From assembly GCA_000091205.1 (NCBI GenBank), contig AP006496.2: 64,000 nucleotides of DNA; one strand, written 5' to 3'. Source of the DNA: Cyanidioschyzon merolae (lineage: Eukaryota). Numbering within the stretch: position 1 is the first letter of the stretch; the number at the start of each line of letters is the position of its first letter. Positions 29,786-39,963 of the stretch are shown one piece after another. Position numbers and translations under genes: made by a program. The notes under the pieces were generated by a model. It searched no databases, was not told where the DNA came from, and saw only the letters and a program-made list of their open reading frames with translations.

Positions 29786-31713
29786 ATGTATCGCGAAGTG
29801 GCGCACATGGAAACGGTCGAGATTCCGGACGAGTTTTTCGACAAGACCTCTATTCGTCAGCTGATGCTTGGTACAGGGGAAGCGCGGAGGGAAACTCAGA
29901 TAGTGCATGCCCTCCACGAAAGCTTCGCGGAATTCCGCTTCGAAGGTAATCGATACAAGGGTGACTCGACTATTTACATATACGGGGCGGTGAAGTACCT
30001 CACGAACCTGAGGAACCATATGACGATGGACCTCGAACATTTTATGATACGCGCCGTGTTCGCTCTCGACCCGCGCATCTCTCGCAAAGGTGCACAGGCG
30101 ATGATCAATGGCATCACGAAAGATCGCAAGCGTGAAGATGAGGTCGAATTTGTAGACAAGAAGGCGTCAAAAGAGCGCATGAATGAAGCTTCTGTAATCC
30201 GTGCGGCTATCCAAGAGCATCGTGCGGTACTGGGGTTTGTTAATCCAACAGAAAAGATATCAGAGTTGAAAAAAGACAAGGAAAGATACTATCGCCTCGT
30301 CCTGCGATATTTCGTGTTTCTGGACCGAGAGCTCGAACGCAAAGCGGAGATGAAGCTGAGTGAGGAGAGAATTAAAAAAGAGTGGGAGAGACGGGCGGCT
30401 TCGCTCATGGGAAGCGCTTCTACGCGGTTCCAATGTGCAACATCAAGTCACATTTTGTGACGATCGACTCCAGCATCCTCTATGGCATCATGAGACAGAT
30501 CAGTGGGGAGTTCGATGTTAGCAACGGGAAGTTCATCGGTGAAAACCGGGAGATGCACTAGAAGAATATCTTCGAGTTCAAACTTCTCAAAGCGGGCAAG
30601 CAAAAGTTGTTCACTGGGATGATCGAAACCGATGGAGTAGCCTTGTGTGTACACGATCCGCGGTTGACGAAAGATCGTTCAGTGCCGCCCTCGGCTTCGC
30701 CCGTGGCGAAGGATGCAGAAAACAAAGCGGCGGATCCTGCGACGCAGCAGGTAGAGGATAACGACCTTGTCGTTGGTACGGCGAAGCATGAAGATGAGAA
30801 GGAGGCGGGTCTTGAGACGCAGAAAGTGCAGGATAACGACTTTGTCGTTGGCGCGGCGAAGCATAAAGATGAGAAGGAGGCGGGTCTTGAAACGCAGAAA
30901 GTGCAGGATAACGACTTTGTCGTTGGCGCGGACCTCGGGAACACGAATATCGTAACCATCGCAGCATCCACGCCTGGGGAAGATGATACTGACGGTGACT
31001 TACGTCAGAGAGACACGCGACTTTTGAGATTCCCGACAACGAGATGCTATCGAGAATCCGGTATAACGAATGCAAGGAAGAGAATCGAGATATGGAATGC
31101 AGGAGTGAAAGAGCACCTCGAAGCTTTGAGCGAGGTAACGAGCCGCGGAGCGGACTTTCGAGCTTTTCGGGAATTCCCGCAAGTTCGTGTTGCTCATTGG
31201 GATGCGCTGTAGAGGAGTATACAAAGCCTCGGTGGGCTCGTTTGCGAATGAACTTGCACTGTGGGAAGCAGCGTGCATTCGCGAATTTTTTCAATGAGTT
31301 GCGTGCCCTGAAGGAGGATGAAAGTCAGAGGCCCGTAGTAGCGTCTTGGGCAGGGCGATGGAAGACCCAAACAGGGACTACTCCAGCTCCAACGACGAGG
31401 GTATGCAAGGAGTGTGCACGGCGTTTCGTTACAATACCGATAGATGAGTTTCGAGCATCGTATACACACCACGAGCTGGGTTGTACACTTCAGAGGGTCG
31501 AGATGGAAACGTGTCAGCGGCGCCCTGAGGATACAAAAAGTACGGACCGCTGACGGAAGAGCAAATGGAAAGGAGGGCGACAGTTCGTGGACTCCTTGCA
31601 CTAGCGCTTTCTGCAAACAACGGCAAGAAACGTATCGAATCGTGAACGGAGACTTTAACGCCGCTATCAATATAAGGAAATGTACGGTGATGGAAAGAAG
31701 ACCTCCAGAGTAG
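29786..31713 (+). CDS. Fanzor-like RNA-guided nuclease (eukaryotic TnpB homologue), interrupted gene. Four ORF segments lie in different frames and are most likely joined by introns.
   Basis: Segments 29786-30460, 30607-31212, 31044-31553 and 31444-31713. RuvC-I '[21 protein letters not shown]' (D codon at 30931). Zn-finger CxxC '[10 protein letters not shown]' (31404). '[11 protein letters not shown]' (31594). RuvC-III '[15 protein letters not shown]' (D codon at 31651). Order I, ZnF, III with ~240 aa between the RuvC-I and RuvC-III aspartates. Total span ~640 codons, typical for Fanzor1. Confidence 0.6.
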
Positions 31714-31889
31714 ACGAGTGAGAACTTTGGGGACAACCTCTCAGCGTGGGACTATATGAGAAAAAGCTGGAAGCAGTAGTGAGTGGCCGCCCCCAAAAAA
31801 CCGGGAGGCACCTGCACGACAGTTGGAGGCTTCTTGTCTAGGGCGGGCTTCGCGCCACTACTGTACAAGGTCGGCATCGTTTTTCTTTT
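31600..31889 (+). ncRNA. Candidate omega-RNA scaffold (3' end of Fanzor ORF plus conserved non-coding tail up to the element right end)
   Basis: ~175 nt after the stop codon (31714-31889) is conserved between both copies and ends at the exact point where the flanks diverge. This position is analogous to TnpB/Fanzor omega-RNA. No structure or expression evidence is available. Confidence 0.25.
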
Positions 31890-31954
31890 GAAAGACGTTT
31901 GTTTCCAGGGGTGGCTCCTAGTATATTGCTTCGCGCTGCCGCAGGCACTAGTCC

Positions 31955-32185
31955 TGTATGCGCAATTTCAGGCTCCCAGAATGATAAGGAATCCCGATTC
32001 TGTGACTAGTGAACCGACCGTCGATCCAGCATCCTCTGTAGTATTGCAAAGCCGTTTTGTATCCGCACTGCATCCGCACCTGCGGTGTCAGCGCTATTAC
32101 GCATGCTTGAAGCAATTACTCTGCGAATGATAGAACGTACAAAATGACCAGTACATCCGAAAGTAAGTTTAAGTTATGGAACTTG
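31955..32185 (+). repeat. Dispersed diverged repeat, family A (copy 2, inverted relative to copy 1)
   Basis: See 17650-17905. It lies ~65 bp beyond the right end of Fanzor element copy 1. Confidence 0.5.
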
Positions 32186-32723
32186 AACGTAAGTTTCACT
32201 TTGATGAACGCATTTGGGACTACCAATATCCATCCCCGCAATAACGGATCCAGGGTCGATGTACAGGTTTAGCCATCGGAAAAAATATATTGCGTAAGCA
32301 GCCTTCATATGTCAGCGCTCTTGTATGCTTCGGATTCCGAACCGGGCTTGCCCGACGTAAGCGCCCGAGGCACGCAGGTGTAAGAAGCCAGCGAGCGAGG
32401 AAGTCTGCTGGCTAAAACAGCAGTCGGGCAAACCAGCGAGCCAGTGTACTCCACGAGGGCGAGACACGAGCTCGCCTGCAGCCGCACGTGCTGGGTACTT
32501 CAGCGACTCCAAACGAGCCACCGCTCAAACTCTTTTACGTCAAGCAGTTGTGGACGTCCCGTGGTGATGCAGACGAGTTTCTGCCTGAGGCAAAAACGTT
32601 TTGGAAATAGGTCAACTTGGCGGTGAACGAGGACCTGGTAGTACTGGCAAGTGGCCCTGTCGACGACACTGTGGAGGCATGTTCACCGGTGGCGAAGCAT
32701 TTGCGCCAGCGCCTCATCGTCCC

Positions 32724-33731
32724 ATGTCAAGACTAGGTCGCCAGCGCTGGGCTAGCGCTGCTGGTGAGTCCGACACGCACCAGGCCCAAGCAGCACAGTG
32801 TCGCGGCAGGCAGCACTTGGTAGCTCTCGACGGAGCAACCGCCACTGCGGCTGCCGCTACAGAAGGGCACTTTCGTACAGCTGCAACAGTACTGCCCGTT
32901 AGGGTGTCGAGCACGATTCCATCGCAACTTTCACGAAAGTCAGCAGCACGAGCAGTCACAGCAGCGACAGTGATGTGTTCGTCACCGTACGAGCACCGGC
33001 ACTCTGCGGAAACGTCCCCCGGATTGCAACGTGTTGCTAGTTCCGCGACGACCGCTGCGACATCGCGAGACCAACCCATTGTATTCTTCTTTGATGTGAT
33101 GGATACTCTTGTTTGTGACCCTTTTTTCAAGGACATGCACCTTCACTTTGGATTTGACAAACGCGAGGACTTTCTCGCCGCAAAGCACCCGGAGACCTGG
33201 ATTCGCTTCGAGCGAGGTGAACTCTCGGTTACCGATCTGGAGCACCTCTTCTTCAGACCGCTGCACACGCTCCCATTGCACTTGGCAAAGCATGCAAGGT
33301 TCAATGCCCGTCGCTTTGAAGCGTATCTTCGCGAGTCTTACAGATTCATGGATGAAGGCATAGAACCGCTGCTCGAGTGGCTTGCATCGCGACAGCCTCC
33401 TGGCACGCTGCATATTCTCTCGAACTACCCCTGCTACTATCGATTCATTGAAGAGAAGTTGGGTCTATCGAGGTACTTATCGTGGACGGCGGTCAGCTGT
33501 GAAACCGGCCTCCGGAAACCTGATCCTCGGGCCTATGCCGAGGCGGCAACGCGGGCTGGCGCGTCAGCTTCACAATGCGTTCTGATCGATGACCAAAAGC
33601 GGAACATTGACGGTGCTCTGGCTGCTGGCTTTGGGGCGGCAATCCTCTATCCCGGCACGAGTTCGGCGTTGCGCTCTCTTCTGGAAGAGTTTCTAGATGG
33701 AAACAACGTCGGCAAGAAGGTGGGCTTTTGA
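32724..33731 (+). CDS. HAD-superfamily hydrolase (haloacid dehalogenase-like), with a possible transit-peptide-like N-terminal extension
   Basis: Track start 32601 is TTG. In-frame ATGs at 32679 and 32724. HAD motif I 'VFFFDVMDTLV' (DxDxT/V), motif II 'LHILSNYP', motif III 'RKPDPRAY', motif IV 'VLIDDQKRNIDGA'. Confidence 0.6.
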   Translation: MSRLGRQRWASAAGESDTHQAQAAQCRGRQHLVALDGATATAAAATEGHFRTAATVLPVRVSSTIPSQLSRKSAARAVTAATVMCSSPYEHRHSAETSPGLQRVASSATTAATSRDQPIVFFFDVMDTLVCDPFFKDMHLHFGFDKREDFLAAKHPETWIRFERGELSVTDLEHLFFRPLHTLPLHLAKHARFNARRFEAYLRESYRFMDEGIEPLLEWLASRQPPGTLHILSNYPCYYRFIEEKLGLSRYLSWTAVSCETGLRKPDPRAYAEAATRAGASASQCVLIDDQKRNIDGALAAGFGAAILYPGTSSALRSLLEEFLDGNNVGKKVGF

Positions 33732-34974
33732 ATGCACTGGATGCGTGTTTTGTAAGGAGATTTTGCATAGAACTCGAGGGTATCGGAGAATGCAGACGCT
33801 TACACCAGCATATGCTCCGAGGCTGCCTCGAACAACGTTCGTAACGACGCGATTCGATCCAATTTAGTACAGTCGAGAGAGCAAGCCTGTCCTGCTCGTG
33901 TCGAGCGAGATCGCCGCGTGGAATAGTACTCAGCGCTGCTCTGGATCCTGCCAGTGGATTGCCCACAACTGCCAGAATACGTATTCGCAAAGCGCAGGGA
34001 TCGAGCGACAGATGACTTTGCGGACACCACTTCTCTTGGTGAGTCGGCGCCAGCGATCGGTAAAACTGGTTCCGTTCATGGACAAGGCGGCACGGATACG
34101 CTCGATTTGCGGTCTGGCAAGGAAACGAAACACGCTGTAGTGTCTACGAAGCCAAGTACGTTCAAGGCAGCAGCTTTGTTCGGCCATAGGTTAGAATCGT
34201 TCCATGAGACATGCAGCATGTAACAGAGACTATGAAGCGTGCAAGTGTATTTCTGGACTGCGTGCACACGCCAGAATCGGCATTGGCCGTCAAAAAAGCA
34301 GGCTGAAAGGTATTCTCTGTGTTTCCAAGGACGCATTCGGACTCGTTCAGTAAATCAACGGGCTTCATCGAGAACGCGGACGCAGGACTGGAGGTCGACG
34401 TGCGTACGGATGCGGCAGCGCTATCCGCAGCATCACTTGAACCAGATCTGGAAGGGGCTTGTTGTGAAGTATACCTCTGTTGCTTCACTTGTTGGTATTC
34501 GAGCCATTCGGATGCTCCGTATTTGCTCCGCATCATCAACACCGTGCTGAACGGCTCCCGTGGCGTGTATGTGTCCATGAAAGCGACGCGAGCTCAGAGT
34601 CTCGAGTGCATGTCGAGATCGCACTGCAAATTCCCGTTAAAAGGATGCGACGCTCACCATCAAATGCAGCTTCCAACGATAAATCTCTGTACACGGGTTT
34701 GTGGTGGCAGGTTGTCCCATTGCCGTCCAGATGGGTGCACACCTTCTGAGCAATATGCAGCAGCGTTTGCATATTTTCAATCGGCAAAACGTTTGCATAG
34801 GCCAGCGTTCTCCGATTGTGCGCTCTTTCTTTTCTTACTTTTTTTCAATGTGCGGTGAAGTATCCATCAAACATCCTACCTCCAAGTTACATCACCTATA
34901 CTTCTTCTCGGATATTCTGGTGGTTTTATAAGTTCTATCACTCACCTAATGCGCGCCCTGCTAGTCCGCAAAGG

Positions 34975-35140
34975 CTCCTGAACCGCTGGAACGGGTTCAC
35001 CACAGTGACAGAACGGCGTTACCGTACCACAGCGGGCGTCGGCTCGAGGCGTGCTTCACCCGACGTAGAATCGGGTCTCATCGTCAGTTTGTGCTCAGTC
35101 AGTCTGCGGATGCAGGCTTGCCTTCGCTGCACGAAACGCT
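34975..35140 (+). repeat. Dispersed diverged repeat, family A (copy 3, partial)
   Basis: 'gcgtcggctcgaggcRYgcttcac...agaatcggg...catcRtca' aligns with 17815-17900 (~65-70% by eye). Confidence 0.4.
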
Positions 35141-36057
35141 GGAGGAACTTGGCTGTTAGGATGAATTCTGGGAGTCGTCTGTCTCCTTCGTGATCATGCA
35201 TGGAATGCGTTCTTGGTTGGCAATGCGGGTTTGTGCTTGACACCCACCACAGTGGGTAGGCGCAGAGAGCACTGGGCCCGTGTGCGCATCCGATTCGCTG
35301 GACCTTCCGCTTGGAAGGTAGCATGTGAGTTTGTTCGCCACTGATGAGCGCTGAGGCTCGGTTAATGGACCATCAGTTGCCAGTGCTACACTCAGAGTGA
35401 GTGTCCGGCCTTCGTCTATCACGGTGAAGCCCAGCTGCTGCTGTCCTTCAAGGAGCTCGGTTCGCTCCTGTTTCCAGCGCGGGCACTGTAAGCCTAAATA
35501 TGCCAGCGTCTCCGGAATCTCGTCTCGATAGCAGGGACAGTGTTATTCCCAGTGCGATTCCAGTGTTCCTATACGGCTTAGAGACGGTGCTGCTCGCCAG
35601 AAGCCACCGACGCGTATTGTGGCGAGCCACTAGGTACCTCGAGCTAGTCCCGGGAACTCCAGCGCCTCCCACCAGTACGTGCATGAACAGGCTAGGCTGT
35701 AGTTCCGGTACAGAGTCAAGCCGGCGTTGAGGGCGCGACTGGTTCCGTGGCTACGTTCCCATATTGTTGTTTGGACCGTTCGCTTAAGGCGGCGGGAGCC
35801 TTCTATATTTCTGGGGAACGATTGGGGAGCGTGTTTTCGCCTAGGGGGCGCTTCAGCCAAATCTGCGTTGATTTCAACCAAGTGATCTTGCGGTGCATTG
35901 GGGTTTGCATGGATATGCGACTGAACCAGGTGTGCATGGTGGGCCCTTTGGCCCATATACGTGCCCGGTATCCTGCTGCTATCGCTTCTGTCGAGGATTT
36001 CTGGAGTTCAAGTCCGAGTGCCAGGAGGTATCGCGGTCGATACGCGCACCTCCATAT

Positions 36058-38420
36058 CTGGCGGGCATGAAACACCACGCGCATGTCGCCGTTAAAGGGA
36101 AACGTGATCGCGATCTTTAGCGTGTTGCTCTCAAGTACGAGTTGTATTTGCGTTAAAGTCATAGCAGAGTATACTTTACAGTTCAATTATGTTTCAACCT
36201 TCTTAAACATATCAAGGAACCCCACAGGGAAACGTTGCGAGACGCTATCGAAAAACGTGTCGACTCGTACTCGAAGAGTATTGTCAAGGCGTCGTCAGGA
36301 CTGATGCATTTGGCGAGGTAGATGTATCGCGAAGTGGCGCACATGGAAACGGTCGAGATTCCGGACGAGTTTTTCGACAAGACCTTTATTCGTCAGCTGA
36401 TGCTTGGCACAGGGGAAGCGCGGAGGGAAACTCAGATAGTGCATGCCCTCCACGAAAACTTCGCGGAATTCCGCTTCGAAGGTAATCGATACAAGGGTGA
36501 CTCGACTATTTACATATACGGGGCGGTGAAGTACCTCACGAACCTGAGGAACCATTTGACGATGGACCTCGAACATTTTATGATACGCGCCGTGTTCGCT
36601 CTCGACCCGCGCATCTCTCGCAAAGGTGCATAGGCGATGATCAATGGCATCACGAAAGATCGCAAGCGTGAAGATGAGGTCGAATTTGTCGACAAGAAGG
36701 CGTCAAAAGAGTGCGTGAATGAAGCTTCTGTAATCCGTGCGGCTATCCAAGAGCATCGTGCGGTACTGGGGTTTGTTAATCCAACAGAAAAGATATCAGA
36801 GTTGAAAAAAGACAAGGAAAGATACTATCGCCTCGTCCTGCGGTATTTCGTGTTTCTGGACCGAGAGCTCGAACGCAAAGCGGAGACGAAGCTGAGTGAG
36901 GAGAGAAATAAAGAGTGGGAGAGACGGGCGGCTTCGCTCATGGGAAGCGCTTCTACGTGGTTCCAATGTGCAACATCAAGTCACATTTTGTGACGATCGA
37001 CTCCAGCATCCTCTATGGCATCATGAGACAGATCAGTGGGGAGTTCGATGTTAGCAACGGGAAGTTCATCGGTGAAAATCGGGAGATGCACTAGAAGAAT
37101 ACCTTCGAGTTCAAACTTCTCAAAGCGGGCAAGCAAAAGTTGTTCACTGGGATGATCGAAACCGATGGAGTAGCCTTGTGTGTACACGATCCGCGGTTGA
37201 AGAAAGATCGTTCAGTGCCGTCCTCGGCTACGCCCGTGACGAAGGATGCAGAAAACAAAGCGGCGGATCCTGCGACGCAGCAGGTAGAGGATAACGACCT
37301 TGTCGTTGGTACGGCGAAGCATGAAGATGAGAAGGAGGCGGGTCTTGAGACGCAGAAAGTGCAGGATAACGACTTTGTCGTTGGCGCGGCGAAGCATAAA
37401 GATGAGAAGGAGGCGGGTCTTGAAACGCAGAAAGTGCAGGATAACGACTTTGTCGTTGGCGCGGACCCCGGGAACACGAATATCGTAACCATCGCAGCAT
37501 CCACGCCTGGGGAAGATGATACTGACGGTGACTTACGTCAGAGAGACATGCGACTTTTGAGATTCCCGACAACGAGATGCTATCGAGAATCCGGTATAAC
37601 GAATGCAAGGAAGAGAATCGAGATATGGAATGCAGGAGTGAAAGAGCACTTCGAAGCTTTGAGCGAGGTAACGAGCCGCGGAACGGACTTTCGAGCTTTT
37701 CGGGAATTCCTGCAAGTTCGTGTTGCTCATTGGGATGCGCTGTGGAGGAGTATACAAAGCCTCGGTGGGCTCGTTTGCGAATGAACTTGCACTGTGGGAA
37801 GCAGCGTGCATTCGCGAATTTTTTCAATGAGTTGCGTGCCCTGAAGGAGGATGAAAGTCAGAGGCCCGTAGTAGCGTCTTGGGCAGGGCGATGGAAGACC
37901 CAAACAGGGACTACTCCAGCTCCAACGACGAGGGTATGCAAGGAGTGTGCACGGCGTTTCGTTACAATACCGATAGATGAGTTTCGAGCATCGTATACAC
38001 ACCACGAGCTGGGTTGTACACTTCAGAGGGTCGAGATGGAAACGTGTCAGCGGCGCCCTGAGGATACAAAAAGTACGGACCGCTGACGGAAGAGCAAATG
38101 GAAAGGAGGGCGACAGTTCGTGGACTCCTTGCACTAGCGCTTTCTGCAAACAACGGCAAGAAACGTATCGAATCGTGAACGGAGACTTTAACGCCGCTAT
38201 CAATATAAGGAAATGTGCGGTGATGGAAAGAAGACCTCCAGAGTAGACAAGTGAGAACTTTGGGGACAACCTCTCAGCGTGGGACTATATGAGAAAAAGC
38301 TGGAAGCAGTAGTGAGTGGCCGCCCCCAAAAAACCGGGAGGCACCTGCACGACAGTTGGAGGCTTCTTGTCTAGGGCGGGCTTCGCGCCACTATTGTACA
38401 AGGTCGGCATCGTTTTTGTT
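36058..38420 (+). mobile_element. Fanzor/TnpB-like element, copy 2 (degenerating)
   Basis: Collinear with copy 1 but lacking the 258-bp segment 29406-29663. Flanks are unrelated to those of copy 1. Confidence 0.6.
36322..38246 (+). pseudogene. Fanzor-like nuclease pseudogene: premature stop, RuvC-I substitution and 3-bp deletion relative to copy 1
   Basis: TAG at 36631-36633 where copy 1 has CAG (Q). RuvC-I reads 'VVGADPGNTNIV' (L>P, ctc>ccc). 'ERNKEWERR' versus '[10 protein letters not shown]' in copy 1. The frame structure is otherwise identical to copy 1. RuvC-III '[12 protein letters not shown]' is retained. Confidence 0.6.
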
Positions 38421-38502
38421 TTGAAAGGCGGTGGTGGTGTGGTGTGTGTACGTCCTTTCTGAACCGCCAATTTTTCGATAAAAGCCCGAACTGCGTGAGA
38501 TT

Positions 38503-38892
38503 GTGACCAGCGCCAATATGGACGTTGCGTCAGGTACGAAAACGGTGCCCGGGGAGAACGTTTCGCAAACCGAGTCTGACAATCTCGTTGTTCTGGAGCG
38601 GCTTGCAGCGAACCTCTTTCTGCGTGTCAACGAGCTTGAAAGAGCGCTGCCGTCGTGCGAGAATGCTGATGGAGAGACGGGCTCAGAAACGCAAGCACTA
38701 TTGCTAGCACGAGTCTCGGAGCTAGAGTCACAGGTTAGATCGCTGACCCACGAAAACGAACGCCTCAAGTATCGGATCCGGCACTTGGTACGCAGTCTAG
38801 AGGCGGTTTTGAGCCCCCGCACCCAGGTCACGAATACTACCATAGCGTCAGCAGCAACGCCGGTGAACGGCAACCCAGCGGCCACTGAGTAA
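38503..38892 (+). CDS. Hypothetical small coiled-coil protein (129 aa)
   Basis: ATG ORF immediately 3' of Fanzor copy 2. Heptad-like 'LERLAANLFLRVNELERAL...LLARVSELESQVRSLTHENERLKYRIRHLVRSLEAV'. No family assignment. Confidence 0.3.
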   Translation: MTSANMDVASGTKTVPGENVSQTESDNLVVLERLAANLFLRVNELERALPSCENADGETGSETQALLLARVSELESQVRSLTHENERLKYRIRHLVRSLEAVLSPRTQVTNTTIASAATPVNGNPAATE

Positions 38893-39435
38893 CACCGAGC
38901 TTGAGAAGCGCTACCCCTGGACGTATGCGTCTGGTACAGGGTGCACCGATCGAGTCCTCTGGTCAGGCGACACGGTCGGAGCCGCGTCTGTGCACGCTGC
39001 TCCGAACGAGCGCGCACTTTGGTACGCGCGACCCTTGTGAAGTTATTTGCTGAGCGACGTTGACCTGAACTCGTGTGCAGCGTACAAGCATGGGTACATT
39101 TGCAAGCGGACGCTGGCGCTTGCAGTCGCACAGGGCAGAGCCAGCGCAATGAAAGATGGTGCAGCGCGTTATGTCCGCACCGTTCTGCACTGCGAATGGA
39201 TCGTTCTCCGCCCGTGTCAGCATTAAATGAAACGGACTCACTAATTAGGGCGTACACGCTTAAGTTTGGGTGTCTGCCCGGAGCCATCAGCAACATTCGT
39301 TGCAGGCTTCTCCGGCTTTCAAGACGCTCGACTCTCTGATCTCTCTGGCCTCGTTGCAAGCAGTCGAAGGATGTTGATGGCATCTTTCAACTCCCGACTT
39401 GGTGCTTCCGGCAGTCGTCAACGCATTTGAAACAC

Positions 39436-39963
39436 ATGCCAAAAATTGCGATTTATGCCACTAATGTCACTTTCATCTCCATTGTATGCAGCCGCCGTGA
39501 GCTCTTCGCAGCGCTGCCATTGGACGATGGTCCGCTTTTTCCAAATGTCTACGAAGCTTGCCTTTCAGAGGGCCGCTCTGTGGCGCTTGAGCGCTGGCTT
39601 ATGCACGCAGCACGAGTCAGCGACGAGCAAAGAAGGCCCTCTTCGATGCCCTGCGGCCTCTCCGCGTCCGGTGCAGTACCCCAAGATCACGGGCTTCTTC
39701 CAAGCGATCCCCTTGACATGTACTTTGTTCGTCGCGGTCGCAAGCGCACGCTCTTCCATTCGATAGGGGATTCGTGGAATGCGATGATGTTCGTAATGAA
39801 ACACGTACCGGAAGGAGAACCCATGCTCGTGAACAAGTGGAGCGTTTTCGATCCGTCGACGCTCCTCTCATCCGGTTCAATGACACAACTATCGCCCGAA
39901 GCGATTGCTGTGATGACTCGAGTGCAAGCCGAAGATCCTGTTCCATGCAGACAGAAGAGATGA
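39436..39963 (+). CDS. Hypothetical protein
   Basis: 176-codon ORF from the first ATG. No recognised motif. Confidence 0.2.
   Translation: MPKIAIYATNVTFISIVCSRRELFAALPLDDGPLFPNVYEACLSEGRSVALERWLMHAARVSDEQRRPSSMPCGLSASGAVPQDHGLLPSDPLDMYFVRRGRKRTLFHSIGDSWNAMMFVMKHVPEGEPMLVNKWSVFDPSTLLSSGSMTQLSPEAIAVMTRVQAEDPVPCRQKR

Larger units (their letters stand above)
29267..31889 (+). mobile_element. Fanzor/TnpB-like (OMEGA-family) element, copy 1. It has no terminal inverted repeats and contains a ~258-bp insertion relative to copy 2.
   Basis: It is ~98% identical (by eye) to 36058-38420 over its whole length, while sequence outside these limits is unrelated. The left boundary is approximate: the first ~20 nt ('catgaRacac...' onward) align only weakly and with gaps, and solid identity starts near 29283/36076 ('catgtcgccgtt'). 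The right boundary is 'ggtcggcatcgtttttYttttgaaag'. The ends are not inverted repeats of each other. Confidence 0.6.

Noticed and set aside
29786-31713. Interpreting the Fanzor frame breaks as inactivating frameshifts (pseudogene) in copy 1
   Set aside because: Not excluded. It is less likely because the identical segment structure in both copies predates their divergence, copy 1 otherwise has intact catalytic motifs, and this genome shows other evidence of introns. I keep it as a CDS with introns unresolved.
30611-31736. Long minus-strand ORFs (227 aa, 180 aa) antisense to the Fanzor gene, also present in copy 2
   Set aside because: They mirror the sense-strand ORFs in both copies and carry no recognisable motifs. 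The RuvC motifs are on the plus strand, so these are GC-driven shadow ORFs.
38391-39383. 330-aa minus-strand ORF overlapping the tail of Fanzor copy 2 and the following region
   Set aside because: Very low-complexity R/S/A-rich translation, no motif. It is antisense to the conserved element tail, and its start overlaps the plus-strand small ORF. Long spurious ORFs are expected at this GC content.
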